Source: an uncultured Bacilli bacterium
Lineage (GTDB): Bacteria > Bacillota_I > Bacilli_A > RF39 > UBA660
Direction: 5' to 3'
Length of the DNA stretch: 64,000 nt
Assembly: GCA_944358675.1 (NCBI GenBank)
Contig: CALVRN010000004.1
Coordinates: 10,276 to 74,275, forward strand
Of the stretch, positions 48,763 to 58,677 are shown one piece after another. The notes beneath the pieces were generated by a model that saw only the letters and a program-made list of their open reading frames with translations, was not told where the DNA came from and did no database searches. The first letter of the stretch is position 1, and each line of letters starts with the position of its first letter. The translations under genes were made by a program, and so were the position numbers.

Positions 48763-49137
48763 TTATTCGCATGAAGCTTTGTTATATTTGTAGCTATATT
48801 TTGTGTTATTGGCTGTTTTTGTAATTGTTATAGTGACAGATGCGGTATCTAAACTACAACTTGAATTTGATGGTAACTTAATATTTTTGGGTAAATAGCC
48901 TCCACTTTGTAATGTAGATACATTAACGGTATATGAGGTTTGATCTTTTACTGTCGCTTTATTGTCACTTAGCCAATTTCTTGCTCCCAAAATAATTGAA
49001 TCTCTGGTATTATCATCGGCATTATTTTGTCCTTTTTTTATACTACTTGTTACACTCGGAACAATAATTAGTAGTAGTAGTGACAAGATTACGATAACGC
49101 CTAATAATTCAATTAAAGTAAAACCTTTATTTTTCAT
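48763..49137 (-). CDS. Type IV pilin / ComGC-like major pseudopilin
   Basis: MKNKG|[20 protein letters not shown] is a canonical prepilin signal. Overlaps the enolase stop by 11 nt. Confidence 0.85.
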   Translation of the reverse strand: MKNKGFTLIELLGVIVILSLLLLIIVPSVTSSIKKGQNNADDNTRDSIILGARNWLSDNKATVKDQTSYTVNVSTLQSGGYLPKNIKLPSNSSCSLDTASVTITITKTANNTKYSYKYNKASCE

Positions 49138-50365
49138 CACCAATTACCTCTTCAATTCGAAGTAGTTCATTGTATTTGCAAGTTCTATCGGTTCTTGAAA
49201 GTGAACCTGTTTTTATTTGACCTAAATTTAATCCAACAGCTAAATCAGCAATTGATGTATCTTCTGTTTCCCCACTACGATGAGAAATTATTGTTTTATA
49301 ACCGTGCTTCTTAGCTAAGTTAATAGTATCTATTGTTTCAGATATAGTTCCTATTTGGTTTATTTTGATTAAAATAGCATTACCAGCATGCATTTCAATT
49401 CCTTTTTGCAAGTATTTTTTATTTGTTACAAATAAGTCATCACCAACCAATTGAACTTTATCTCCATATCTTTCAGTCATTTTTTGGAAACCTTCCCAAT
49501 CGTTTTCATCAACTGGATCTTCGATTGAAACAATTGGATATTTATCTAATAATGTTTGATAATAATCAATTAATTCATCAGTTGTTAATTTTAGGTTTGC
49601 TCCTTTTAAATTATAAATTCCATCTTCATAGAATTCACTAGCGGCTACATCGATGGCAAAGTTAACATCTTTACCCGGTGTATATCCAGCTTCATTAATA
49701 GCTTTGATAAGTAAATCTAATGCTTCTTCATTTGTATTTAAGTTAGGGGCAAAACCACCTTCATCCCCTACTCCTGTATGATATCCTGCATTATTTAAAA
49801 CACTTTTTAGATGATGGAATACTTCGCTTCCTATTTGTAATCTTTTACTAAATGTTTCAGCAACAGGCACAATCATAAATTCTTGAAAATCTAATCCGTT
49901 ATCAGCGTGAGCTCCACCATTTAAAATGTTCATCATTGCTCTTGGCATGGAATATTCTTTACCAACATATTTGAATAATGGTTCACTACTATCTAAGGCA
50001 GCTGCTTTTAAATTAGCAAGTGAGATACCTAATATAGCATTCGCACCATATTTTGATTTTGTTTCTGTTCCATCTAATTCTAATAATGTTTCATCAATTT
50101 TTCTTTGATTATGTGGGTCCATGCCTATTAATGCATCTTTTAAGATATTATTAACATTATTTACAGCAGTTAATACTCCTTTCCCCATGTATCTTGATTT
50201 GTCATTATCTCTTAGTTCTAAAGCTTCTCTTTCTCCTGTTGAGGCTCCTGATGGAACAGCAGCTCTACCTATAATTCCATTTTCTAAAATAACATCTACT
50301 TCAACAGTAGGATTTCCTCTTGAGTCTAAAATTTCTCTAGCTTTTATATTTTTAATTTTTGACAT
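49127..50365 (-). CDS. eno: Enolase (phosphopyruvate hydratase)
   Basis: [30 protein letters not shown] and LLRIEE motifs. Confidence 0.97.
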   Translation of the reverse strand: MSKIKNIKAREILDSRGNPTVEVDVILENGIIGRAAVPSGASTGEREALELRDNDKSRYMGKGVLTAVNNVNNILKDALIGMDPHNQRKIDETLLELDGTETKSKYGANAILGISLANLKAAALDSSEPLFKYVGKEYSMPRAMMNILNGGAHADNGLDFQEFMIVPVAETFSKRLQIGSEVFHHLKSVLNNAGYHTGVGDEGGFAPNLNTNEEALDLLIKAINEAGYTPGKDVNFAIDVAASEFYEDGIYNLKGANLKLTTDELIDYYQTLLDKYPIVSIEDPVDENDWEGFQKMTERYGDKVQLVGDDLFVTNKKYLQKGIEMHAGNAILIKINQIGTISETIDTINLAKKHGYKTIISHRSGETEDTSIADLAVGLNLGQIKTGSLSRTDRTCKYNELLRIEEVIGDEK

Positions 50366-51068
50366 GTTTTTCTCCTCCCTCAAAATTTTTTAAAATATCT
50401 TTCTGACTTAAAAAATATTTTAAACCTCGATATTTATTTAACCAATATCTGTAGTCATTTAAATCTTCCAAAAAGTCTTCTGAATGTGTTTTTTCGAATG
50501 TATCAATATAATTTTGAATGTTTTCTTTAAATTTTAACCAATAATCTAGGCTATATTCAATAGTATAGTTTATGTGTGGTCCTCTTAGATTGGGATCTCC
50601 TTTTGGTGGTCTAAAGAAAATATCATCATTGGTGATTATTTCGGCGACTTGATAGTTTATAGGTATTTCTTTTCCTGTAATTTTACTAATGAATTTGTTT
50701 TGTGTACTATCATGTGAATTTACAAAATCAAAATCAAATAAATATAAAACATCAGAACAGGCCGCATTAGTTACTTTTAAAACCTCATCTTTTCCTTTGT
50801 TGTTTAAACTTTCTTTTGTTTGAACAAAATTCAAAATTTTATCCATGGCATTACATAAAATATTTTTATAATAATTATAGAAAAATATTTCTGAAAAATT
50901 ATTATAAAATTCGTTTTCATATTCTTTAATTATAGATTCTAATACCTGTTTTATTTCTTCATCTGATAAATCTTCATATGTGTTCAATTCTGATTTTAAT
51001 TCTTCCATAAAATCATTAAATAGTTTTTCATCAAAATAAGAAGTATAACTATTCTTTTCGTTTTCCAT
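50352..51068 (-). CDS. Hypothetical acidic protein
   Basis: 238-aa ORF overlapping the eno start by 14 nt. No recognised motif. Confidence 0.5.
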   Translation of the reverse strand: MENEKNSYTSYFDEKLFNDFMEELKSELNTYEDLSDEEIKQVLESIIKEYENEFYNNFSEIFFYNYYKNILCNAMDKILNFVQTKESLNNKGKDEVLKVTNAACSDVLYLFDFDFVNSHDSTQNKFISKITGKEIPINYQVAEIITNDDIFFRPPKGDPNLRGPHINYTIEYSLDYWLKFKENIQNYIDTFEKTHSEDFLEDLNDYRYWLNKYRGLKYFLSQKDILKNFEGGEKHVKN

Positions 51069-51223
51069 ATAATCACCAGTATAATTATAACATTTTTTTT
51101 GAAATTTTAATAACTATTTTAGTGTCTTTTGTAATTTTTATTGTTTTACAAATATTTTTTTAAAAAAATTATTTCCTTGACTTTGAACTTTAGCGTGTTT
51201 ATAATGAATTTAGGAGGGTTAGT

Positions 51224-51781
51224 ATGAGTTTATCAGTAGTAGATATTGAAAAAGGGGCTGATGAATTAGTAAAATCATATGATCAAAAAATTTTGGAGCT
51301 AACGGCTCTAGAACAACAACTTTTAAAAGATAAGAACGTACAATTATATGTGCTTTTGCATGAGAAAATTAAAAATTTGAAAAATAAAGAAAGTGTAGAT
51401 CTCAATGATTATTTTAGTAGTATTAAACAAAATTGTAATCATCCACTTTATGTATGTGTTGCAAATGGGATGAGTAGTAATTATAAATATAAATGTATTT
51501 GTGTGAACTGTGGTGAGGCTAAATATTTTAAGAAGTATGAAATGGATGAATTATATAATAATCATAGACTAATTATTGAAAAAATATTTGAAGATACTTT
51601 TAATAATTCTTTGGATTTATTTAATTATACAGATGTGGTTAACTATTATAAAGAAATGTATAATCATTTAAAAGGTTTGCGTGATACTGATGATGATTCT
51701 GTAGAAATGGCTACTGCGGAAGCTACTTTTAATCACTTTATGTGTAAAGATAAAAGTAAAATAATTAAGAAAACTTTGTAA
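51224..51781 (+). CDS. Hypothetical protein with a Cys-rich (zinc-ribbon-like) centre
   Basis: CNHPLYVC...CICVNCGE. SD AGGAGGG upstream. Confidence 0.55.
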   Translation: MSLSVVDIEKGADELVKSYDQKILELTALEQQLLKDKNVQLYVLLHEKIKNLKNKESVDLNDYFSSIKQNCNHPLYVCVANGMSSNYKYKCICVNCGEAKYFKKYEMDELYNNHRLIIEKIFEDTFNNSLDLFNYTDVVNYYKEMYNHLKGLRDTDDDSVEMATAEATFNHFMCKDKSKIIKKTL

Positions 51782-51859
51782 TTTTGCTGTTCTTAGAGGT
51801 ATTTTGATACCTTTTTTTATTTTTTTAGTGATGTTTTGCTTGGAAAACACAAAAATCTA

Positions 51860-51888
51860 TTGAAATTTTTTTAAATATATAGTACAAT
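51860..51888 (+). promoter_or_regulatory. Promoter of tRNA-Arg(UCU)
   Basis: TTGAAA-17 nt-TACAAT, ending 18 nt before the tRNA 5' end. Confidence 0.65.
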
Positions 51889-51906
51889 TATTTTGTTGCA
51901 TGAGTT

Positions 51907-51986
<80 letters not shown>

Positions 51987-52000
51987 TTGACTATATAAAA

Positions 52001-52032
52001 ACTTGGAAAAATAAGCATTTCCAAGTTTTTTT
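52001..52032 (+). terminator. tRNA terminator supplied by the element
   Basis: CTTGGAAA-loop-TTTCCAAG followed by T6. Confidence 0.7.
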
Positions 52033-52076
52033 CTGTAATAAAGTAATGATCACAAAGTATCACATATTTACATATT

Positions 52077-52118
52077 ATGGCACTATTTTGGGCACTCTTT
52101 GGGCACCAATTTCGGCAC
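52077..52118 (+). repeat. Four phased GGCAC boxes (11-12 nt spacing)
   Basis: GGCAC at 52079, 52091, 52102 and 52114. The words ATGGCACTATTT and GGCACCAATT recur at 58114..58138. Confidence 0.7.
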
Positions 52119-52197
52119 TCGTTAAAATCACTAATTATCTGTAAAAAAATATGAGCAAAATTTAATGAGTGAAAACCAAAGTTAGTAAACAAAATGC

Positions 52198-52476
52198 GTG
52201 CTAAAATTATTATATAAAGGAGTTAGAAATGGAAAAACAAAATATAAAAGATATACCACTTATCTTTACAGAAAAAATGAAAAAATTGTTAAGGAACTTA
52301 TAACTGTTAAATTTTTGCTAGATAGTGATGCTTTATCTATACAAGATAGGAACGATTTACAAAAGCATTTTGAAACACTTATAAAAGAGTTTAGAAAAGA
52401 GTTAAATCATAACAACCCTAGCGAAATGGAAATGTTAAAAAAATATTTTCAAGATAATAATGAGATAGACAAATAA
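52198..52476 (+). CDS. Small hypothetical protein of the element (start uncertain)
   Basis: The ORF track gives a GTG start. A far better AAGGAG-6 nt-ATG at 52229 is in the +1 frame and would join this frame if the A6 run at 52272..52277 were A7. Confidence 0.4.
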   Translation: MLKLLYKGVRNGKTKYKRYTTYLYRKNEKIVKELITVKFLLDSDALSIQDRNDLQKHFETLIKEFRKELNHNNPSEMEMLKKYFQDNNEIDK

Positions 52477-52525
52477 AATGCCTATCTCCTTTTTGTACCA
52501 ATCTACTAATTAAGTGAGAGGAAAA

Positions 52526-53065
52526 TTATTTATTCCAAAAATTAAATTTAGAATTTTTAAATTTTTCGTATTGTAAACGTGTTATCTCATTTGTTTTCAT
52601 AAATATAAAAGGGTTTACTAAAATAGCATTGCCTTTGCCTTGTCTATTTTTTTCTAATATGATTATTTCTTTTTTTTCTAATTCTTTTATTGCTCTACTA
52701 AAAGTTTTCTTTGGCATATCAACCATTTGTCTTAATTCTTCCTCATTAAGATACCCATTAAATGTATTACACTTTATACTTATTAAATAACCACTATATT
52801 CTTCAAAACCTATGTGGCTTAACATTGCAAAGATTATTTGATATTCGCTTGGTGTTAAGTGTAATTGGGCTAATATATCACTTGCTTTACAAAAGATTTT
52901 ACAAAAAGTATAATTTTTATTAACTTTCATGTACTCTTGTAAATGCTCTACTTGTGAATTTCTCATGATGTGTACTTTATCGCCTTGATGTATTTCTTTA
53001 CACGCTTTTCCGTTTGTATCAACAATATAACCCTCACTAGGTATTGTTTTTGGTAATTGCAACAT
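52526..53065 (-). CDS. RepL-like winged-helix replication/maintenance protein
   Basis: ATG at 53065 behind AGAGGTG. LTPSEYQIIFAML...MPKKTFSRAIKELEKKEII is wHTH-like and resembles firmicute plasmid RepL. The assignment is from memory. Confidence 0.5.
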   Translation of the reverse strand: MLQLPKTIPSEGYIVDTNGKACKEIHQGDKVHIMRNSQVEHLQEYMKVNKNYTFCKIFCKASDILAQLHLTPSEYQIIFAMLSHIGFEEYSGYLISIKCNTFNGYLNEEELRQMVDMPKKTFSRAIKELEKKEIIILEKNRQGKGNAILVNPFIFMKTNEITRLQYEKFKNSKFNFWNK

Positions 53066-53215
53066 GTTATCACCTCTTGTTAATAATTTTGGTGTCAAAA
53101 ATGACATACGTTTTTCGGTAAAATTGTACAAACATGGCATATAGCAAAATGTCTTTTTTTATTGTAATAAAATGGTAAACAAGTAAAAAGAGGTGTTTAT
53201 CTATCTTATATCTTA

Positions 53216-53563
53216 TTACATAACTCCTCTAGTAGAATAAGAACCATAATTTTTTTCGGCAAACATACAACCTATACAATTTCTCTCAAAGCCTGCCACT
53301 TCTAACTCTCTATAAAATTTCTCTCCAAACAAACCTTTACCTCTTAACATTTTTTGCATTTCTTCTTTAATTGTCTGTTTGATAAAATCTTTCAACTGTT
53401 CTTGTTCCTCTCTTTGTTTTTGATATTTTTCTCTTTCTGATTGTTTGTTCTCATTGTGCCACTTGTCCATAAGTTTTAAAATATCAAATTCTAGTGTTTG
53501 TTCAAAGACTTTCTCAATGTCTTTCGTATCAAAAATATCATTAAAGCCAATTTTTTTATTCAT
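53216..53563 (-). CDS. Hypothetical protein of the element
   Basis: 115-aa ORF with a charged helical centre. Confidence 0.45.
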   Translation of the reverse strand: MNKKIGFNDIFDTKDIEKVFEQTLEFDILKLMDKWHNENKQSEREKYQKQREEQEQLKDFIKQTIKEEMQKMLRGKGLFGEKFYRELEVAGFERNCIGCMFAEKNYGSYSTRGVM

Positions 53564-53637
53564 TTGTTATCACTCCTAAAATTATATTTTTTAACTTTCA
53601 AAGCAATTATAAAAAATGGTGCTAGTGTCTGTATAGT

Positions 53638-53802
53638 CTATACTTTGCGATTGTTTATATATTCTTTTAGTGTTTCTTCACTAACTAGGTAACGACCACC
53701 AACCCTAGATGCTTGTAACTGTTTCTCTCTGATTAACTTTTGTATGGTCTTAATAGATAACCCTAAAATACAACTTATTTCCTTTGTAGTGTAAAATGTC
53801 AT
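53638..53802 (-). CDS. Excisionase-family / MerR-like small HTH DNA-binding protein
   Basis: Not in the ORF track (54 aa): MTFYTTKEISCILGLSIKTIQKLIREKQLQASRVGGRYLVSEETLKEYINNRKV. SD AGGGGG lies 9 nt upstream. Confidence 0.7.
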   Translation of the reverse strand: MTFYTTKEISCILGLSIKTIQKLIREKQLQASRVGGRYLVSEETLKEYINNRKV

Positions 53803-54068
53803 ATATTCATACCCCCTATAACTTTAAAGTAGATAGATAAACCACCTCTTACTTAAAAGTAGACTATTACAACCATAATTCCACAAGACACGAAAAAAAG
53901 GCTATTTAAAGCCTTTTGACAATAGTTAAGCTATTATGGGGTAACTTTCAAAAAAGTTAAAAAAAGTCCCACGTACCAAATAAAACTTGTTTATTGATAC
54001 ATGGGGGCATAGTTTTGTAGATGTGCACTTGACTTTGTTGGAAAAAAGGTGCTACCTCGTTTATAAAT

Positions 54069-54734
54069 TTAATCAACTGTCATTGTTCCAGTAACATTCG
54101 TTATATCATAACTAAAATCACTTATATTTTTAGTTTTACCGCCAATATCTAACCAACCACTTGAAGTGTCATTATAGTTACAACCACTATCTAAAGTAAC
54201 TGTTTCGGTAAAACTTTCCCATGTTGAAGAAGAAGTAGTCCAAGGTATGTATTCCATAGTAATTTCAAGTTCAAAAGAAACATTATCACATCTTGAACCA
54301 TTTACTGATGGTGTTATCTCGGTATCTACATTGTATTTTTCATAACTATAAGTTGTTGGCTCTAAATCGCCATCTGATTTAATAACAATATAATCTTCAA
54401 TATTGTCATCATTCAAATTAATTGTTTCACCGCTACCAATTGTAGGGCTTGATGATGATTTATTTGACATAAACAGTACAAAGATAATTAAAGCAAAAAG
54501 AATTACTATGACTATACCAAACAATAGATTTTTGTTTTCAAAAAACTTATTCATGTTGTTTTGAATTTTTACTCCACATTTTGGACAAAATTTTACTTTT
54601 TTATCTGTTATTATTTCGCCACATTCTGGACACACAATAACATTATTCTCACAACCACAATGAGGACAAGTTTTAGCTTTATCACTCATTTGTTTACCAC
54701 ACTCACTACATTTTATTAATGCCATATATTTCAA
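54069..54734 (-). CDS. Zinc-ribbon (double CxxC x2) membrane-anchored protein
   Basis: CSECGK...CPHCG and CPECGE...CPKCG, then a TM helix and an ectodomain. Confidence 0.65.
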   Translation of the reverse strand: MKYMALIKCSECGKQMSDKAKTCPHCGCENNVIVCPECGEIITDKKVKFCPKCGVKIQNNMNKFFENKNLLFGIVIVILFALIIFVLFMSNKSSSSPTIGSGETINLNDDNIEDYIVIKSDGDLEPTTYSYEKYNVDTEITPSVNGSRCDNVSFELEITMEYIPWTTSSSTWESFTETVTLDSGCNYNDTSSGWLDIGGKTKNISDFSYDITNVTGTMTVD

Positions 54735-54789
54735 ACTCCTTTCTACAACTTCTTACAATGTTTATTATAAAGATTTTATATTCTTTCAC

Positions 54790-55698
54790 TTAATTTTTAT
54801 GATAAATATTACCATCTTTATCTATGATGTCACTGTTACTTACTATGGCGATTTTATCATAGTTTTCGGTTAAATATTTTGCCTTTTCTATTTTATATTC
54901 GTATTGACATTTTACATCAGCATATTTTTTACACTCATCTTTATTTGTCGCATATTTACTGATTTTATAATATGCTTTATCGGTTTTAATATAATTATTA
55001 ATAATAGCTTTTACTGTTTCACCTTTAAAATCATAATTAATGTCTTTATATTCACCAATTTCATTGCCATTATTATCAAAAGTTGGTTTATATAATTTAA
55101 TTTTATTGTCTACCGATAAAATTAAAACATAGTCTTCCAAATTTACAAATGTTCCAATATTTTTTATAACATTATTACCTAATTTACTGAATTGACCAAA
55201 GTCTTTGTAATATATTTCCATTTCTTCTTCCATTTTAGTTATTTTATCATCCGTTGCACTATACGTATAATAGTTGTTTTGGGTTTCAATACTACATCCA
55301 CCCCAATCACAACTAGCATCAAATATTTCAGAATCAAAGTTTTCGGTAATAATAGATTTACAGTTTGTATCATTAGAAAATAGTTTCGATTTATTAAGGA
55401 CATATACAGTATTTTTGGTTACAATGTACTGTGTAGTCCCACTAGCACTACCACTATCATACCCAATAATATCTTCCTCATTTAAAATTGGACAGTTTAT
55501 CGTTTTGTAATATGTGTGCCTTTTTTGAAAGCCTTCACTTAATTTACTTTTTGGTCGATTTTCATTTGTATTTTTGCTTTGCTCTTTGTCTATTGTTTCT
55601 TTTGAGCCTCTAGAAGAACTATCAATAAACATAGAAAGAGCAACCAATAAAGCAATGGCACATAATATTGCTATAAAAATTATTATTCTTCTTTTCAT
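54790..55698 (-). CDS. Membrane-anchored/secreted protein, paralogue of 56453..57274
   Basis: ATG at 55698 behind AGAGGATG. Shares the blocks INCPILNEEDIIGYD / IVTKN.VY / KLFSNDTNCK / IINNYIKTDKAYYK with the paralogue. Confidence 0.65.
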   Translation of the reverse strand: MKRRIIIFIAILCAIALLVALSMFIDSSSRGSKETIDKEQSKNTNENRPKSKLSEGFQKRHTYYKTINCPILNEEDIIGYDSGSASGTTQYIVTKNTVYVLNKSKLFSNDTNCKSIITENFDSEIFDASCDWGGCSIETQNNYYTYSATDDKITKMEEEMEIYYKDFGQFSKLGNNVIKNIGTFVNLEDYVLILSVDNKIKLYKPTFDNNGNEIGEYKDINYDFKGETVKAIINNYIKTDKAYYKISKYATNKDECKKYADVKCQYEYKIEKAKYLTENYDKIAIVSNSDIIDKDGNIYHKN

Positions 55699-55807
55699 TA
55701 TTTTCACATCCTCTATAAATGGCAAATTATTTTATATTTATCCAAAAATATTTATCATTGTCGGAAAAAAGGCGCTACCTCGTTTATAAATTTACATAAT
55801 ACAATAG

Positions 55808-56428
55808 TTATTTTAAATCTTCAAAATTTAATACTTTATCATTTGGTGGAGCAATTTTAAACTCAATACGCTGTAATTTTACGGTTTTATTTCCAAAGCT
55901 ATCTGTTACAGTATACTGTATCCAATATTGAGGTCCCGGTCTATCTTCTGGCTTTTCCTCTTTATATACTTGATATTTTATGTCATAGTCAGAATCTTCC
56001 TCAATTTCCAAGTGAGATGTATCAATGGTGTCGATACTTTCGGTTTTATATGTTTCATCATAATACTTTACGATAGGGGCTTTATAGTCCACAACATAAT
56101 CTTCTTTACCTTTTCCATTAGGGTTATTAATTTCTTTTACATAAGGGTTATTTCTATCACTTGAAATCCACCCCTCTTTTCCCCTTACTTTTATTTTATA
56201 CCAAACAAATTCGTTATCCTTTAAATATATATCAATAACTTTATAAGTTTCACCTTTATTTACTGTATCCAATTTTGCCTTATATCTTGAGTGGTCGCTC
56301 CTTACGTTAATAAAATCATTTGTAATTTCAACTTTCCAACTTTCATTTTCTTCTTTTATTTTTTGGGCTATAAACACCCCACCTATAATAATTAAAACTA
56401 TCACTACTATAATTACTACTTTTTTCAT
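55808..56428 (-). CDS. Membrane-anchored SH3b + Ig-like (DUF5011-type) domain protein
   Basis: INVRSDHS...KGETYKVI...WYKI...GKEGWIS is SH3b-like. The C-terminal YWIQYTVTDSFGN is Ig-like. Confidence 0.6.
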   Translation of the reverse strand: MKKVVIIVVIVLIIIGGVFIAQKIKEENESWKVEITNDFINVRSDHSRYKAKLDTVNKGETYKVIDIYLKDNEFVWYKIKVRGKEGWISSDRNNPYVKEINNPNGKGKEDYVVDYKAPIVKYYDETYKTESIDTIDTSHLEIEEDSDYDIKYQVYKEEKPEDRPGPQYWIQYTVTDSFGNKTVKLQRIEFKIAPPNDKVLNFEDLK

Positions 56429-56452
56429 TACAACCTTACCTTTCACTTAATA

Positions 56453-57274
56453 TTAGTTATAATAAACATTTCCATCTTTATCTATAATGTAAGCATGATT
56501 TATTGCTTTAATTCCGTTATAATTTTCACTCAATATTTTTTCTTTACTTATCGTGTAATTATATTTACATTTGATGTCTACATATTTGTCACATTCTTCT
56601 TTATTAGTTTTATATCTTTTTACTTTATAAAATGCTTTATCTGTTTTAATATAATCATTAATAATACTTTTTACAGTTTCATCTTTAAAGTTGTAATCAA
56701 TATTTTTGTATTCGTCTGTACTCGTTCCACTGTCTATATCATAGTTTTCTTTATATAATCTTATTTTATTATCGACAGATAAAATTGTGTATCCTCTAAT
56801 ACCTGACATAATTGACACAATAACATTGTTACCCAAATGATTAAATTTTTTATGAATTAATTGTCCATTTGTAGATTTATAAAACTTTTTACTTTTTTCA
56901 TCATAAATATATTCACTATCTTTTGTTTCAAATGCACTTGCTTTATAATAAACTATTTCAGAATTAAGGTTTTCAATGGGTATTTCTTTGCAATTTTTAT
57001 CATTAGAAAATAATTTTTCAATATTATATTGATATACTTTATTTTTTGTAACAATATAATCATCATCAAAACCTATAATGTCTTCGCTTAATGCTGGACA
57101 GTCTATTGTAGCAACATACTCATGTTTTTGTTTAAAATCATTACTGATTTTATTTTCATTTGTATTTTGACTTTTATTTTCAATTTTACTTTGGTTATTT
57201 ATATTAATACTAAAAAATATAAATAAACTGACAAATAAAACAATAGATATTAAAATAATGGCTCTTTTTTTCAC
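56453..57274 (-). CDS. Membrane-anchored/secreted protein, paralogue of 54790..55698
   Basis: GTG start, signal-anchor, and IDCPALSEDIIGFDD / IVTKNKVY / KLFSNDKNCK / IINDYIKTDKAFYK blocks. Confidence 0.65.
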   Translation of the reverse strand: MKKRAIILISIVLFVSLFIFFSININNQSKIENKSQNTNENKISNDFKQKHEYVATIDCPALSEDIIGFDDDYIVTKNKVYQYNIEKLFSNDKNCKEIPIENLNSEIVYYKASAFETKDSEYIYDEKSKKFYKSTNGQLIHKKFNHLGNNVIVSIMSGIRGYTILSVDNKIRLYKENYDIDSGTSTDEYKNIDYNFKDETVKSIINDYIKTDKAFYKVKRYKTNKEECDKYVDIKCKYNYTISKEKILSENYNGIKAINHAYIIDKDGNVYYN

Positions 57275-57344
57275 TTAATCCAACACAATATATCATTTTT
57301 ATTCATATATATTTCACTCCTTTCTGTAAGTATTATATCACATT

Positions 57345-57365
57345 TTATCTACGAACGGTAGATAA
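57345..57365. promoter_or_regulatory. Candidate operator (8-5-8 perfect palindrome) in the divergent switch region
   Basis: TTATCTAC-gaacg-GTAGATAA lies between the leftward operon and the XRE gene. Confidence 0.5.
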
Positions 57366-57412
57366 ATAATGAATAAGGTTTTTGAGATAATAATATAAAA
57401 GGTGATGAAGCT

Positions 57413-57667
57413 ATGAACAATGATAAAAATGACGAAAATTATATATATTATGTCATAGGTCAAAATTTAAAAAAGCAACGTAAATTAAAAGGCTTTACCC
57501 AAGAAAAACTAGCAGAGGCAAGCAATTATAATTTGAGTTTTATTGGTAATTTAGAAAGTAGTAAAGTGTTTCAAACTATTTCAGTTGGAAGTCTTTACCA
57601 CCTAGCCAAAATATTAGGAGTATCAATAAAAACATTTTTTGATGACATAGATAATGATAAAAATTGA
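57413..57667 (+). CDS. XRE-family (cI-like) HTH regulator of the element
   Basis: FTQEKLAEASNYNLSFIGNLES helix-turn-helix. Divergent from the cargo operon. Confidence 0.8.
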   Translation: MNNDKNDENYIYYVIGQNLKKQRKLKGFTQEKLAEASNYNLSFIGNLESSKVFQTISVGSLYHLAKILGVSIKTFFDDIDNDKN

Positions 57668-57679
57668 ATGTGCAAAAAA

Positions 57680-57713
57680 GCATATTTTTTATTACCAAAA
57701 ATATGCTCTTTTT
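57680..57713 (+). terminator. Intrinsic terminator of the XRE gene
   Basis: GCATATTTTT-loop-AAAAATATGC followed by TCTTTTT. Confidence 0.75.
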
Positions 57714-57855
57714 AGCTACTATATAAGTGATTTGTTATAGGGGTAATATTTTTTATATTAGAATATATTAAAAAGCACAAAAAAAGTCTAATTCTTAACT
57801 TAAATCACGAATTTAGACCCTGTGTACTCTGCAAAATCAATTTTGTCGACATTTT

Positions 57856-58100
57856 TTTAATCAACATTATCAATGTTTTCTTTAATGTAGTCATATAACA
57901 TTTCGGCTATTTCTTTTTTCTATCCTTATTATCACTATATAAAAAGTCCCAATCATTTACATAATCGACTCCATATAGATTTTCAAATAACAACATCGTA
58001 ATTGCTTGCTTGGTATTATCTTCAATAAATTTATCAGCTAGCTTATTTATTCTATTGGTGGTTAGCTTTGTTTTATTATCAGAGGTATTAAGTTTTGCTT
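57856..58100 (-). pseudogene. Decayed ORF remnant at the right end of the element
   Basis: An open stretch with no usable start, broken at the T6 run 57914..57919, and followed by a hairpin/T-tract at about 57785..57820. No integrase motifs. Confidence 0.35.
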
Positions 58101-58113
58101 AAAAAAAATTAAA

Positions 58114-58138
58114 ATGGCACTATTTATCGGCACCAATT
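58114..58138 (+). repeat. Two GGCAC boxes matching the left-end array
   Basis: ATGGCACTATTT and GGCACCAATT are the same words, in the same orientation, as at 52077..52111. Confidence 0.65.
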
Positions 58139-58262
58139 AAAAAATCAAGTTCAAAAATAGTTACAGGAAAAAATATATAATGCTTATAAAGCCCTTTAAA
58201 TTCAAGGCTAAATCAATGTTTAGAAAAGTTAAAATATTGGCTCTTCGGATATACGGTCATAA

Positions 58263-58312
58263 CCCTTCTAAGGCGTGGGTCGCGAGTTCGAATCTCTCCG
58301 GGGACGCCATTT
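58263..58312 (+). repeat. attR-type direct repeat (orphan 3' part of tRNA-Arg)
   Basis: Identical 50-mer to 51937..51986. No matching tRNA 5' half upstream. Its own terminator is at 58325..58348. Confidence 0.85.
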
Positions 58313-58677
58313 ATGAAATTAAGGCCCTTTTATTTTAAAGGGTTTTTTCGTGTAAAATTTTCACAAAACTCCCAGAATTTAAAAACAAGTCAATTTTTAT
58401 TATTAAATTTTATAACATAACACTTTGTCATTATGCTGCTGAAAATTAATAATTTTAGAAACATCATATGTAATTTAAAGAACAATAAATAGCATTATAT
58501 ACATCACCATGCCAAATTACATATAATTCCATATCTATCTTTATATAATAGTTTACTAATTTCTTTTAAAGTTGTAAAAAAAATTATTTGACTTTTAATT
58601 TTCTTTTGTTTATGCAATGATTTTCAGATAAATTTCACAAAAAATGGTTATTATATTTATATAAGAAGGAGATGTAT

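Larger units (their letters stand above)
51987..58262. mobile_element. Integrated element in tRNA-Arg(UCU), about 6.3 kb, with no recognisable integrase
   Basis: Bounded by the 50-bp direct repeat. Carries excisionase-like HTH, RepL-like and XRE genes, plus cargo. Confidence 0.7.

Noticed and set aside
57275-57330. Strong SD plus an 11-codon ORF (MNKNDILCWIK) whose TGA overlaps the GTG start of 56453-57274, considered as a possible leader peptide or a frameshifted longer N-terminus.
   Set aside because: No homopolymer or slippery site links the frames. It may simply be translational coupling to a weak GTG start, and there is too little evidence to call a feature.
57856-58100. Possible integrase remnant at the right end of the tRNA-Arg element.
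   Set aside because: I translated all frames by eye. The longest frame (…NRINKLADKFIEDNTKQAITMLLFENLYGVDYVNDWDF…) shows no R-H-R-Y or serine-recombinase motifs, so it cannot be called an integrase. It is kept only as a low-confidence decayed ORF.
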